Assembly: GCA_964592525.1 (NCBI GenBank)
Contig: CAZQFB010000001.1
Coordinates: 65,419-129,418 of the forward strand
DNA length: 64,000 nucleotides
Reading direction: 5' to 3'
Source of the DNA: an uncultured Candidatus Saccharibacteria bacterium
GTDB lineage: Bacteria; Patescibacteriota; WWE3; CAZQFB01
The notes below the pieces were generated by a model. It did no database searches. It was given only the letters and a program-made list of their open reading frames with translations, and was not told the DNA's origin. A program made the translations under genes and the position numbers. This document shows, in pieces, positions 28,070 through 37,939 of the stretch (its first letter is position 1; each line of letters opens with the position of its first letter).

Positions 28070-28789
28070 ATGAAAGATTTAACAGAACGACGTATTGAAC
28101 TTTTAAAAGCTATTATTGAAGAGTATGTGCGTACTGCTGAACCAGTTGGTTCTAAGAATCTGGTTAAACGTTACAGACTTAGGTGTAGTCCGGCTACAGT
28201 TCGTAATGAAATGGCGGTGTTAGTTGAAGGTGGTTTTTTAAATCAACCCCACACCTCGGCGGGTAGAATTCCAGCGCCTATGGGTATACGCTATTACATT
28301 AGAAGTTTGATGGAAGAAGAAGCCTTGCCTGTACTTGAGGAAGTAGCTGTCAAACAGCGTTTGCTTGATGTGTCCGAGGATACCGCTTTGTTGCTTAAGA
28401 ACGCTGTTAATGCTTTAGCAGATCGTACGGAATTAGCAGCGGTAGTGCTAATGGATAATAATCTATTGCTCAATTCTGGTTTAGTAAACCTCCTTGAATG
28501 TCCGGAGTTTTACGATATTGATGTAACCAAAGCAGTTTTATCTACTTTAGACAATCCCACCCTGTTAAAAGAAATATTTTCTAAAGGTTTGTCTGAAGAA
28601 GTAGTGCATGTTTTGATTGGTGATGAGCTGGAAATGGTAAATTTTGAGGATGTGGGGACGGTTTTTGCTGATTTTAATTTTGGTAGTACTGGGGGAACTA
28701 TTGCGGTATTTGGACCTAGGAGAATGCATTTTCCTTCTGTCCTTCCCACGGTACGCTACTTCAGCGCCCTCCTTAGCGAATTATCTTAA
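28070..28789 (+). CDS. hrcA: Heat-inducible transcription repressor HrcA (short form)
   Basis: AEPVGSK, SPATVRNEM, QPHTSAGRIP, GPRRM. Confidence 0.94.
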   Translation: MKDLTERRIELLKAIIEEYVRTAEPVGSKNLVKRYRLRCSPATVRNEMAVLVEGGFLNQPHTSAGRIPAPMGIRYYIRSLMEEEALPVLEEVAVKQRLLDVSEDTALLLKNAVNALADRTELAAVVLMDNNLLLNSGLVNLLECPEFYDIDVTKAVLSTLDNPTLLKEIFSKGLSEEVVHVLIGDELEMVNFEDVGTVFADFNFGSTGGTIAVFGPRRMHFPSVLPTVRYFSALLSELS

Positions 28790-28812
28790 GATTAGTATAT
28801 TTTTTACTAACA

Positions 28813-29262
28813 ATGAGTAAAAATAAAACAACTGGTGACAGTCAAAATTACGAAGCAGAAATAGAACAGCTAACAGAAAAATGGAAAAGAGCTTTGGCTG
28901 ACTATGAAAATTTACAAAAGAGAGTCTTGGCTGATAGTTTGGTATATGAGCTTAAATTTACTGCTCGGCTGGTAAAGGAGTTTTTGCCTCTTTATGATAG
29001 TTTGCAGGAAGCTCTTAACCAGGTTAGTCAAAAGGAGGGTTACCAGAGTTTGCTAACCCAGTTTGAAAATATTCTAGCTAGCTTTGGCGTTCATAAAATC
29101 ACACTTGAGGTTGGAGAAGAATTTAATCCTCAATTGCATGAAGCAGTGGAAGTGGTAAAAGAAGGTAAGGAAAATACAATCGCGCGGATAATTACTAATG
29201 GGTTTATGATTCAAGATAATAAAGTAATTAGACCGGTTAAAGTTGCTGTTAATAAGACATGA
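28813..29262 (+). CDS. grpE: Nucleotide exchange factor GrpE
   Basis: RALADYENLQKR, FNPQLHEAV, IRPVKV; lies between hrcA and dnaK. Confidence 0.94.
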   Translation: MSKNKTTGDSQNYEAEIEQLTEKWKRALADYENLQKRVLADSLVYELKFTARLVKEFLPLYDSLQEALNQVSQKEGYQSLLTQFENILASFGVHKITLEVGEEFNPQLHEAVEVVKEGKENTIARIITNGFMIQDNKVIRPVKVAVNKT

Positions 29263-29278
29263 CAGGAGGTAAACAATT

Positions 29279-31177
29279 ATGGCAAAAGTAATTGGCATTG
29301 ATTTAGGTACTACTAATTCGGTAGCGGCGGTGGTGGAAGGTGGAAAACCTAAGGTGATCCATTCAGCCGAGGGGGAAAATACTACTCCTTCAGTAGTGGA
29401 ACCAGAAAAAAATTTAGTGGGTCGTTTGGCTAAACGACAGCAGGTTGTTAATCCCCATAACACCGTTTTTTCGGTTAAGCGGTTAATGGGTAGAAAAATG
29501 AGTGATAAGGAAGTCAGTGCAGAAAAAGACTATCTTCCTTATGACATTGTCGAGGGTAAGAATGGTATGGTGGTTGTGGAGATTAACGGTAAAAAATATA
29601 CCCCCCAAGAAATTGCCTCTCGCATTTTAGCGAAAATAAAAACTGATGCGGAAAGTTACTTGGGAGGAAAAGTTGCTCAAGCAGTAATTACCGTACCTGC
29701 TTATTTTGATGATGCGCAACGTCAGGCGACAAAACAAGCTGGAGAAATCGCTGGTTTGGAAGTAGTGCGGATTATTAATGAGCCTACAGCTGCTGTTTTA
29801 GCTTACGGTTTGGATAAAAACGCTAATCAAAAAGTGGCTATCTATGATTTAGGTGGTGGCACTTTTGATATCTCTATTCTGGAAATAGAAGCCGGTGGGC
29901 AGGGAGAAGATGATCGCAATATTTACCAAGTTGTAGCGACAGCAGGAGATACTCATTTGGGTGGTGATGACTTTGATAAGAAGTTGGTTGATCACGTTGT
30001 CACCGAATTTAAAAAAGAACAAGGAGTTGATCTCACTAAGGATCGACAGGCTATGCAAAGAGTAAGGGATGCAGCCGAGAAAGCTAAAATTGAACTTTCT
30101 CAAAAAGGGGAAGCCGAAGTCAACATACCTTACATTACAGCTGATGATACAGGTCCAAAGCATCTGTTGCTGACGATTAGTCGGGCTGAACTAGAGCATC
30201 TAACGCAAGACTTAATTGAACGCACTTTTACTTCAGTGAGTTCCGCACTTAAAGACGCCAATTTAACGGCGAAGGATATTGACGAAGTGATCTTAGTTGG
30301 TGGTCAAACGAGAATGCCTTTAGTGAGAGAGCGCGTTAAAGAGTATTTTGGCAAAGACCCGCATAAAGGGGTTAATCCTGATGAAGTGGTAGCGATGGGC
30401 GCTGCTCTTCAAGGAGGTGTGCTAACAGGTGAAGCTAAAGATGTTCTGCTGCTCGACGTTACCCCCCTGACTCTGGGTATCGAAACATTAGGTGGTGTGC
30501 GGACACCCTTAATTGATAGAAACACTACTATTCCAACTTCTAAGAGCCAAATATTTAGTACTGCTGCGGATAACCAAACGTCGGTTGAAGTTAATGTGCT
30601 CCAAGGAGAAAGAGAAATGGCCCTGGATAATAAATCTTTGGGACGGTTTATTTTGGAAGGTATTCCACCAGCTCCTCGTGGGATGCCACAAGTTGAGGTG
30701 ACCTTTGATATTGATAGTAATGGTATCTTGAAGGTTACGGCTAAAGATAAAGCGACTGGTAAAGAACAGAAAATTACGATTACTGGTTCAACTGGGTTGG
30801 ATAAAGACGAGGTGTCCTCTTTAGTGCAAGAAGCCAAAGCTCATGAGGCTGAAGATCAGGCAAAAAAAGAAGCAGTCGAAGCGCGAAATAATGCCGAAGC
30901 CTTAATCTTTAGTGCCGAAAAAGCCTTGCAAGAAGCTGGGGATAAGGTCAGTGGCGAAATCAAGAGCAAGGTTGAGGAAAAGATATCTGCCTTGAAAGAG
31001 GTTTTGAAAACCGCAGCAGTAGCGGAATTAAAAACAAAAACTGAAGCTCTGGCAAAGGTGTTGCAAGAAGTGGGTGCAGCGCTTTATAGTCAGCCAGAAA
31101 CAAAAGAAGCACCCTCTGATGATTCCGCCACAAATAATACGGGAGAGGTCAGTGAAGGAGAAGTGGTTGAGGAATAG
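29279..31177 (+). CDS. dnaK: Chaperone DnaK (Hsp70)
   Basis: [47 protein letters not shown]. Confidence 0.98.
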   Translation: MAKVIGIDLGTTNSVAAVVEGGKPKVIHSAEGENTTPSVVEPEKNLVGRLAKRQQVVNPHNTVFSVKRLMGRKMSDKEVSAEKDYLPYDIVEGKNGMVVVEINGKKYTPQEIASRILAKIKTDAESYLGGKVAQAVITVPAYFDDAQRQATKQAGEIAGLEVVRIINEPTAAVLAYGLDKNANQKVAIYDLGGGTFDISILEIEAGGQGEDDRNIYQVVATAGDTHLGGDDFDKKLVDHVVTEFKKEQGVDLTKDRQAMQRVRDAAEKAKIELSQKGEAEVNIPYITADDTGPKHLLLTISRAELEHLTQDLIERTFTSVSSALKDANLTAKDIDEVILVGGQTRMPLVRERVKEYFGKDPHKGVNPDEVVAMGAALQGGVLTGEAKDVLLLDVTPLTLGIETLGGVRTPLIDRNTTIPTSKSQIFSTAADNQTSVEVNVLQGEREMALDNKSLGRFILEGIPPAPRGMPQVEVTFDIDSNGILKVTAKDKATGKEQKITITGSTGLDKDEVSSLVQEAKAHEAEDQAKKEAVEARNNAEALIFSAEKALQEAGDKVSGEIKSKVEEKISALKEVLKTAAVAELKTKTEALAKVLQEVGAALYSQPETKEAPSDDSATNNTGEVSEGEVVEE

Positions 31178-31202
31178 ACGACGTACATATTAACTGAAAG
31201 CT

Positions 31203-31228
31203 CAAAGGCGGCTTTTTAGCCGCCTTTG
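31203..31228. terminator. Stem-loop between dnaK and dnaJ (terminator or mRNA stabiliser)
   Basis: Perfect 11-bp stem CAAAGGCGGCT-TTTT-AGCCGCCTTTG. Confidence 0.75.
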
Positions 31229-31246
31229 TGGGTATGTTAAGAAGTA

Positions 31247-32164
31247 ATGAACAACGATTACTACGAAATATTAGGTCTTGATAAAGGAGCTTCTGTAGAT
31301 GAGGTTAAAAAAGCTTACCGCAGGTTGGCTCGTAAATATCACCCGGATGTCAATAAAGCACCAGATGCGGAAGAACAATTTAAAAAGATAAATGAAGCGT
31401 TTCAAGTCTTAAGTGATCCGAAAAAGAAACAGCAGTATGATCAATTCGGAGCAAATCCTTTTTATTCAGGCACACAGTCTGGGGGGTTTCCTTTTGGTGG
31501 TGGTCAAGAACCATATTCTTATACCTATTCAACTAAAGGAATTAATCTTGAAGATCTCTTTGGTGGCGAGATGGGTTCTATTTTTGATTCTTTTTTTGGG
31601 GGGGGGTTTAGTCGTAGAGGTAAGGATTTGCGTTATAGCTTAAAGATAAATTTTGTTGATGCGGTGCGAGGATTTGAGGAAGAAGTCAAGGTGGGGGGGA
31701 GGAAAATAAAGGTCAAAATACCAGCTGGGGTGAGGACTGGAAGTGAAATAAGGTTTGTGGGTAAAGGCGAACCGGGTCCGGTAGTTCAGGGAGCGACTTT
31801 ACCTTCAGGTGATTTGTATGTGCACATTGTTATTGACGAAAACTCTCTACCTGAATTTGAATTGCATAATGCTGATATTTTAGTTCGCAAATCTATTTCT
31901 TTTCCGCAAGCAGCTTTGGGTGATAAGGTGGCCGTGACCGTAGTCGATCCAGCTAATTACCGGGGATACTCACAGGTCACCTTGAAGATTCCTGCTGGCA
32001 CTCAAAGTGGTGAGCAATTTAGATTAAAGGGTAAGGGGATGCCTAAAATAAAAGGGTTGGGTAGAGGAGATGCTTATGTGAAAGTTGTTGTAGTTGTGCC
32101 AGAAAAGTTGGATAAAGAAGTTAAACACTTGATTGAAGAATTAGGTAAGCTTTTGGCAAAATAA
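31247..32164 (+). CDS. dnaJ: DnaJ-family co-chaperone, class B (no zinc finger)
   Basis: J domain with HPD, G/F-rich region, C-terminal domains; no CxxCxGxG repeats. Confidence 0.88.
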   Translation: MNNDYYEILGLDKGASVDEVKKAYRRLARKYHPDVNKAPDAEEQFKKINEAFQVLSDPKKKQQYDQFGANPFYSGTQSGGFPFGGGQEPYSYTYSTKGINLEDLFGGEMGSIFDSFFGGGFSRRGKDLRYSLKINFVDAVRGFEEEVKVGGRKIKVKIPAGVRTGSEIRFVGKGEPGPVVQGATLPSGDLYVHIVIDENSLPEFELHNADILVRKSISFPQAALGDKVAVTVVDPANYRGYSQVTLKIPAGTQSGEQFRLKGKGMPKIKGLGRGDAYVKVVVVVPEKLDKEVKHLIEELGKLLAK

Positions 32165-32278
32165 TTAAAGGTGGCTTTTCCTTCTTGCTTTTAATTAGAG
32201 CACATTCTTTGGCTTAAAAATCATTAAGTGGTATATTAACCCCGCGGTTTCGTTTCTCCTTAAGAAAGGTATCAAGCA

Positions 32279-33064
32279 ATGCGATTGGTCGAACCGCAGG
32301 TTTTTTTGGTGGGAGGTACTGCCCTTGACGAGGAGCAACTGCTAGCTTATCTGGAGCAAATTGACGCTGCGGATTGGTCAACCGATGCCCCTACAGCCGC
32401 AGAGAAACTGCTGGAGGTAGCAGGGCGGATTTGTTACCGGTCGTTTAGACCTAGGTTAAATGCTAATGTGACCAAAGTGCGTGAGGGTAATGCCGCTTAT
32501 TTGGCTCATATTCTTGAGACTAGGCACGGGTCCGTGCTCGAACATGTGACTTTGAATTTCATTTTTTTAAATGTCAGTCGTGTCTTTACTCATGAATTGG
32601 TGCGTCATCGGAGTGGGGTAGCGATCTCGCAGGAGAGTCTGCGTTTTGTACGCTTAACCGATCTAGCTTGTTGGCTCCCGACGGTAATTCGCGAAAATTC
32701 GTCGGCACGGGCTATCTTTACGGAAACGATCGCCTTCCTAGAGGAACAGCAGGCTAAACTAGCGGAACTTTATCGGCTAGATGTTGAAGGTGTACCTTTT
32801 GCGGTCAAAAAAGAGGTTACTTCAGCTATGAGGCGTATTGCTCCCATTGGTTTAGCGACGACTATTGGTTGGTCAGCGAATTTACGTGCTTTGCGCTGGG
32901 TACTGCAGGAACGCACCAGTCCTTCAGCTGAAGAAGAAATCCGCTTGGTCTTTGCTAAAGTTGCGGAAATAGTGTTGACCCAATTTCCCAATGTGTTTGC
33001 CGATTTTACTAGTGAGCTGGTTAACGGACTACCCTGTTACACGCCTGCTAACCCAAAGGTTTAA
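32279..33064 (+). CDS. thyX: FAD-dependent thymidylate synthase
   Basis: HGSVLEH, SRVFTHELVRHR-x7-S(LRF), AEEEIR. Confidence 0.94.
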   Translation: MRLVEPQVFLVGGTALDEEQLLAYLEQIDAADWSTDAPTAAEKLLEVAGRICYRSFRPRLNANVTKVREGNAAYLAHILETRHGSVLEHVTLNFIFLNVSRVFTHELVRHRSGVAISQESLRFVRLTDLACWLPTVIRENSSARAIFTETIAFLEEQQAKLAELYRLDVEGVPFAVKKEVTSAMRRIAPIGLATTIGWSANLRALRWVLQERTSPSAEEEIRLVFAKVAEIVLTQFPNVFADFTSELVNGLPCYTPANPKV

Positions 33065-33076
33065 TTTCTGCCCGTG

Positions 33077-33106
33077 GACCCCTCGTAAAATAATTTGCGA
33101 GGGGTC
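33077..33106. terminator. Stem-loop downstream of thyX
   Basis: GACCCCTCGTAAA-ATAA-TTTGCGAGGGGTC, 13 bp with one G-U pair; weak U tail. Confidence 0.6.
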
Positions 33107-33132
33107 TGTTGCTTTGTGATACAATTTTCGCT

Positions 33133-33639
33133 ATGAAGGATAACGCTCTTATGATCATTATTGGAGTGGTGCTCGTGTTAGCTATTCTGGTTTTGGGGGG
33201 GCGTGGTAAAGAGACTCCAGAGCAACTGGCTCAACCAGTTAATCAAAATGATGTCAGTGATGAAGTAGTTAACCCAGAGCATAATAACGATGTAATACCG
33301 CAAGTAGTAGATACGGGCGAGCTACAGATTATTGATTTGAAGGAAGGTGTTGGCGAAGCAGTGACACTAGGTACGAGTGTCTCCGTCCATTACACTGGCA
33401 CTTTGATAGATGGCACACCTTTTGATAGTAGTTACGATAGAGGCGTACCCTTTCAAGTTACAGTCGGTTCTGGTCAGGTAATTAAAGGTTGGGAGCAAGG
33501 CTTGCTGGGGATGAAAGTTGGCGGGCAAAGACAATTAGTTATTCCTGCGGCTTTAGCTTATGGTGATCGTAGTCCTTCACCAACAATACCGGCTAATGCC
33601 ACCCTAGTTTTTGTGCTTGAACTTTTGGAAATCAACTAA
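33133..33639 (+). CDS. Membrane-anchored FKBP-type peptidyl-prolyl isomerase
   Basis: N-terminal TM; VHYTGTL, FDSS, VIKGWEQG, LAYG, IPANATLVF. Confidence 0.93.
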   Translation: MKDNALMIIIGVVLVLAILVLGGRGKETPEQLAQPVNQNDVSDEVVNPEHNNDVIPQVVDTGELQIIDLKEGVGEAVTLGTSVSVHYTGTLIDGTPFDSSYDRGVPFQVTVGSGQVIKGWEQGLLGMKVGGQRQLVIPAALAYGDRSPSPTIPANATLVFVLELLEIN

Positions 33640-33694
33640 GCTTGCTTTTTTCATCAGCACAACTTTTTTACTTGCTTAGATGAGTAGTTTTAGT

Positions 33695-33770
33695 TTGACT
33701 ACGCTTGTATTTTTCGTTAATATTGCGCTGTAAATGAAAGGTGGGTTGCTAAAGCGCACCTTTTATTTTT
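33695..33770 (+). promoter_or_regulatory. nusA promoter plus leader terminator/attenuator-like hairpin
   Basis: TTGACT-17 nt-TAATAT (33695-33723), then AAAGGTG..CACCTTT and a T-rich tail (33737-33770). Confidence 0.6.
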
Positions 33771-33788
33771 ATTACCAGGAATTAAATT

Positions 33789-35225
33789 ATGTTACAGTCT
33801 GAATTTGCCTCTGCCTTAAATCAAGTAGCTTCCGAAAGGGGAGTATCTCCAGAAGCGGTTATTAATACTATTAAAGAAGCGATGGTTTCCGCCTACCGTA
33901 AGGAATATGAGATTGAACCCGAAAAAGCAGAAAATATTGAGGTTATTATTGATTCTGAATCAGGTGAAACTAAGTTAATGCTTCTTGGCAAAGATATTAC
34001 GCCTTCTGGTTTTGGACGTATCGCTGCTCAAACCGCTAAACAGGTAATTCTACAAAAGATTAATGAGGCCGAGAAAGAGGCTATTATTAATGAGTACCGA
34101 CAAAAACTAGGCTCAATTGTGTCGGGTACTGTTTTTAGGATGGAAAGAGGTGTCGTGATTGTGGATTTAGGTAAGGCGCATGGTATTATGCCACCAGCTG
34201 AACAAATACCCGGAGAGCACTTCCCTATTGGTCGCCGGATTAGAAGTTTACTAAAAGAAATTCAAGATACTGATCGGGGTGCCGAGGTTATCTTGTCTCG
34301 TTCCGCCCCTGATTTTGTCAGTGAGTTGTTTGCTTTAGAAGTACCGGAGATTAGCGCCGGCACAGTTAAAATTGAAGGTGTCGCCCGGGAAGCTGGTTTA
34401 AGATCAAAAGTTGCTGTTTCGGCTAATGTTGAAAGAGTTGATCCGGTGGGATCTTGTGTGGGTCAAAAAGGTGTTCGCGTGCAGGCAGTAATGGATGAGT
34501 TGGGCGAGGAGCGGATTGATATTATCCCCTATGATCCTTTTATTACTAACTATATCTCTAATGCGTTGTCTCCAGCTAAAGTTCGGGAAGTGGTGGTCAC
34601 CGAGAAAGAAAAGCAGGCCACAGTTGAAGTGGTTGAAGACCAGCTTTCCTTGGCTATCGGTAAGGGGGGTCAAAATGTTCGTTTAGCAGCTAAACTTACT
34701 GGTTGGAAAATAGATGTTAAGGGTGCGGAATTGTTGGATGCTAAGGAGATTGGAGCTGATTTAGGGAAAATAGCGTTGCCATCTCGAGTTGAGAAAGCGC
34801 TGATTGCAGCGGGGATCGTTACCATAGCCACGCTCGCCACTTTATCTGATGAGGAGCTTAGGGAAGTCAAGGGTTTAGGACCCCGAGCTATCAGGGATAT
34901 AAAAGAAGCCTTAACACGGTTCAAAGATTTACCCGATGAGGTTGAAAGCACAAATGAAGAAAGCAAAGAGTCTTTACTTGAGGTCTCTGCACCAGAAACA
35001 GCACCAAACCAGAGTTTGGTTAAGGCGCTGCCAGAGACAGAGTTGGAAAACCCCCAAACAGTATCTACTGGGGATGATTTAGCCCCACAAAAGGAAAAGG
35101 AGACAGACCCAGAAATTGAGGCTCATCCGGAGGTTACAGTGACTACGGCTGAAGCTGCTTTAGAACAACCTGTCGCTCATCAACAAGTTATAGAGGAAAC
35201 CACAGCCGAAAATGCTGAAGCATAG
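33789..35225 (+). CDS. nusA: Transcription termination factor NusA with alpha-CTD-like HhH domain and acidic tail
   Basis: FGRIAAQTAKQVI, AREAGLRSK, DPVGSCVGQKGVRV, LAIGKGGQNVRLAAKLTGWKID. Confidence 0.96.
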   Translation: MLQSEFASALNQVASERGVSPEAVINTIKEAMVSAYRKEYEIEPEKAENIEVIIDSESGETKLMLLGKDITPSGFGRIAAQTAKQVILQKINEAEKEAIINEYRQKLGSIVSGTVFRMERGVVIVDLGKAHGIMPPAEQIPGEHFPIGRRIRSLLKEIQDTDRGAEVILSRSAPDFVSELFALEVPEISAGTVKIEGVAREAGLRSKVAVSANVERVDPVGSCVGQKGVRVQAVMDELGEERIDIIPYDPFITNYISNALSPAKVREVVVTEKEKQATVEVVEDQLSLAIGKGGQNVRLAAKLTGWKIDVKGAELLDAKEIGADLGKIALPSRVEKALIAAGIVTIATLATLSDEELREVKGLGPRAIRDIKEALTRFKDLPDEVESTNEESKESLLEVSAPETAPNQSLVKALPETELENPQTVSTGDDLAPQKEKETDPEIEAHPEVTVTTAEAALEQPVAHQQVIEETTAENAEA

Positions 35226-35240
35226 TCAAAGAATTCAATC

Positions 35241-36695
35241 ATGCCAACTAAAAAAACCAGTCTTAATAATGCACGACCACCTATTGTTACTATTATGGGG
35301 CATGTTGATCATGGTAAAACCTCTATTCTTGATCGCGTCAGAAAAAGCAATTTAGCCTCTAAGGAAGCAGGTGCTATCACTCAACATATCGGTGCTTATC
35401 AAGTAGTGTATAAGACTACACAAGGAGAAGAGAAGAAAATCACTTTTATTGATACTCCCGGACATGAAGCCTTTTCAGCTATGAGAGCTAGAGGGGGTCA
35501 CGCAGCAGATATTGTGGTGTTAGTGGTGGCAGCTGATGATAGTGTTAAGGCGCAAACTAAAGAAGCTATTATTCACGCTAAAGAGTCTGGGGTACCAATA
35601 ATTATAGCTATTAATAAAATTGATTTGCCTAATGCTGATCCCGAGAAAGTCAAACAAGATTTATTAAAAGAAGGTATTCAGGTTGAATCATTAGGAGGTC
35701 AGGTAGTCTGTGTGGAGTTGTCAGCTAAAACTGATAAGGGTATAGCGGAATTGTTGGAGTTAATCAATGTGGTGGCGGAGTTGGAAGAATTAACATGTGA
35801 TCTAGGTGCTTCTTTGAGTATGGTCGTAATTGAAGCTAATGTTAGTGCGCAAAAAGGACATACCGCTGCGGTGGTCGTTCTTAATGGCAAGCTTACTACT
35901 GGTCTTAGTCTCTACAGTGGTGAAAAATATCTTGGTAAAGTCAGAGCAGTTTATAATGATTGGGGGAAAAAGATAACCCAGGCTTTACCAGGAGATCCGG
36001 TTGAGATCTTAGGGTTTAAAGAACTACCCATTATTGGCTCTTTACTTACCAATGAACCCAGTAGTGAGCTAGTCACTACTCCGGAAATAGTAACAACAGA
36101 GCCGGATGAGCGGGCTCATTTATCTTTAGTGGTTAAAGCTGATACCCAAGGTACTCTAGAGGCGGTGGTTGCTTCTTTACAAAGATTGGATGACGACGAA
36201 GCTTCAGTGGCGTTAATCTTTCAAGGTGTAGGAGAAGTGACGGAAGCGGATGTTTTATTAGCGTCGGCTGCTAAAGCAATGATTGTTGGTTTTAATGTTG
36301 TCTTTCCAGCTAATGTCATTTCTTTAGCCGAGAGTATGGGAGTTTCGCACAGAACTTATACCATTATTTACCAATTGCTGGAGGATATAACAAAACGTCT
36401 CGCTGGTTTGGAAATTGATGATGGTTATGTTGGTAAAGGTTTGGCGGTGGTAGTGGCCATTTTCCCCTTAACTTCTGGTGATACAGTAGCGGGGTCCCTG
36501 GTTACTCATGGGCAGTTTAAAGAAGGTGATAAAGTACGAGTACTTAGAGAAGGAGAAGAAGTTGCTCGAGGAGTGGTTAAGCAAATAAAAGTCGGTCAAG
36601 ACCGAGTTACTAAGGTTACTAAAGGTGGAGAGTGTGGTGTGTTGTTGAAACCTGGATTTGCTTTGCTGGTTCAGGATGTTTTAGAGGTTGTTTAA
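35241..36695 (+). CDS. infB: Translation initiation factor IF-2 (minimal form)
   Basis: RPPIVTIMGHVDHGKT, DTPGH, NKID, KADTQGTLEA, ECG. Confidence 0.95.
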   Translation: MPTKKTSLNNARPPIVTIMGHVDHGKTSILDRVRKSNLASKEAGAITQHIGAYQVVYKTTQGEEKKITFIDTPGHEAFSAMRARGGHAADIVVLVVAADDSVKAQTKEAIIHAKESGVPIIIAINKIDLPNADPEKVKQDLLKEGIQVESLGGQVVCVELSAKTDKGIAELLELINVVAELEELTCDLGASLSMVVIEANVSAQKGHTAAVVVLNGKLTTGLSLYSGEKYLGKVRAVYNDWGKKITQALPGDPVEILGFKELPIIGSLLTNEPSSELVTTPEIVTTEPDERAHLSLVVKADTQGTLEAVVASLQRLDDDEASVALIFQGVGEVTEADVLLASAAKAMIVGFNVVFPANVISLAESMGVSHRTYTIIYQLLEDITKRLAGLEIDDGYVGKGLAVVVAIFPLTSGDTVAGSLVTHGQFKEGDKVRVLREGEEVARGVVKQIKVGQDRVTKVTKGGECGVLLKPGFALLVQDVLEVV

Positions 36696-36712
36696 ATCTT
36701 GGAGTACTGATT

Positions 36713-37363
36713 ATGAGGATTGACTCGACTGGCGGGTCTTTTTTAAATCTTTTAAAAGAATCAGACTCTGCCCTAGTAGTTGCCAATCCTGTAGCAGGTG
36801 AGGAGGTGGTGGCTTCTTTATTGGCTTTGAAGTTCTTGTTGGAACGGATGGGACAAAAAGTGACTTTGGTTTATCCGGCTCAATTACCGACCTCGGCTAA
36901 TGAATTGCCGGGGTTTGCCGAAATCAGGACCACGCTTCCAGCCAGAAGTTTAAAGGTCAGTTTTGGTATTAATAAAACTGTCAAAAAAGTGGGTTATCAA
37001 GTCAAGGATGGTGTTTTTACGATGTTGGTTGAACCGTCGGAAGGTTGTTTGTATGCTAGCAATATCACTTTAGCGCCACAACCACTCAAGATCGATTTAG
37101 CTATATTTTTAGGCTATTCTTCTTGGCAGGAAATTGGTGTTTTAGCCCAAGAAATCGGTTTAGAGACAAGAGCTCTTCCGGTAATAAATATTGATAACCA
37201 TCACCATAACACTTTGTATGGTCAACTTAATATTGTTGATACTAGTGCAGCTAGTATTGCGGAGATACTCTTTAAAGCGATCCCCAGCTGGGGTCTTAAG
37301 CCGACCTATAGCTCGGCTAAATGTCTGTTGTATGGCTTGGGTTTAACAGATTCTTCATCCTAA
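36713..37363 (+). CDS. DHH-family (NrnA-like) protein, degenerate and lacking DHHA1
   Basis: VINIDNHHHNTLYGQLNIVD..SIAEI..AKCLLYGL; downstream of infB; GGAG SD before ATG 36713. Confidence 0.65.
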   Translation: MRIDSTGGSFLNLLKESDSALVVANPVAGEEVVASLLALKFLLERMGQKVTLVYPAQLPTSANELPGFAEIRTTLPARSLKVSFGINKTVKKVGYQVKDGVFTMLVEPSEGCLYASNITLAPQPLKIDLAIFLGYSSWQEIGVLAQEIGLETRALPVINIDNHHHNTLYGQLNIVDTSAASIAEILFKAIPSWGLKPTYSSAKCLLYGLGLTDSSS

Positions 37364-37549
37364 GCCAGAGACCAATACACACTAGATAATAAGTTACCTG
37401 GAGCTAATTATTCTCGGTTATATTTTCTGCTGCAGTATTTGTAATTTTGGTATTTAATAAAGTAGATATCCCATAAGATATTGATTAGGATATCTAGTTC
37501 TGTTAAAATATTTCAAGCTAACAATTACTTTTTATGGAAGTTAATTATT

Positions 37550-37819
37550 ATGTCTTTGGAAAAGAACACCAAACAGTCTATTATTGGCGATTTTGCCAAG
37601 CACGAGAAAGATACCGGCTCACCGGAGGTTCAGGTTGCGCTCTTGACTCGTAGAATTTTAGAGCTACAAAAACATCTAAGAGAACACAAGAAAGATAATC
37701 ATTCTCGAAAGGGTTTATTGCAGTTAGTTAACAAGCGTCGACGTATTTTGTCTTATCTGCAGCGGGTAGATGAATCAAGATATAAATTGGTGCTTGATCG
37801 GGTGGGTTTATCAAAATAA
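37550..37819 (+). CDS. rpsO: 30S ribosomal protein S15
   Basis: DTGSPEVQVALLT, HKKDNHSRKGLL. Confidence 0.97.
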   Translation: MSLEKNTKQSIIGDFAKHEKDTGSPEVQVALLTRRILELQKHLREHKKDNHSRKGLLQLVNKRRRILSYLQRVDESRYKLVLDRVGLSK

Positions 37820-37837
37820 ATAAATTATTAATGGAGG

Positions 37838-37931
37838 TGGGTTAGTAGGTATTGGTGTTGGATAGTGAACATGGTGCAGATAAAAGTTATTGCCCCATTT
37901 GCATTATTCAGCTCTTTACCATATTTTCCCA
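37838..37931 (+). promoter_or_regulatory. Long imperfect hairpin in the rpsO-pnp spacer (possible RNase III processing site)
   Basis: GGATAGTG..ATGG.GCA.ATAA / TTAT.TGC.CCAT..CATTATTC nested complementarity, extended by TGGG/CCCA. Confidence 0.5.
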
Positions 37932-37939
37932 GATATTAA

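Noticed and set aside
32279-33064. thyX as a phage-derived insertion
   Set aside because: It looks somewhat GC-richer by eye, but so does recJ; no att sites or mobile genes flank it, and composition was not computed
3463-33106. Two hairpins sharing a GGACCCC(A/T)CG arm (3463-3492 and 33076-33106) as a REP-like family
   Set aside because: Only two copies with different loops and no associated transposase; chance similarity is plausible
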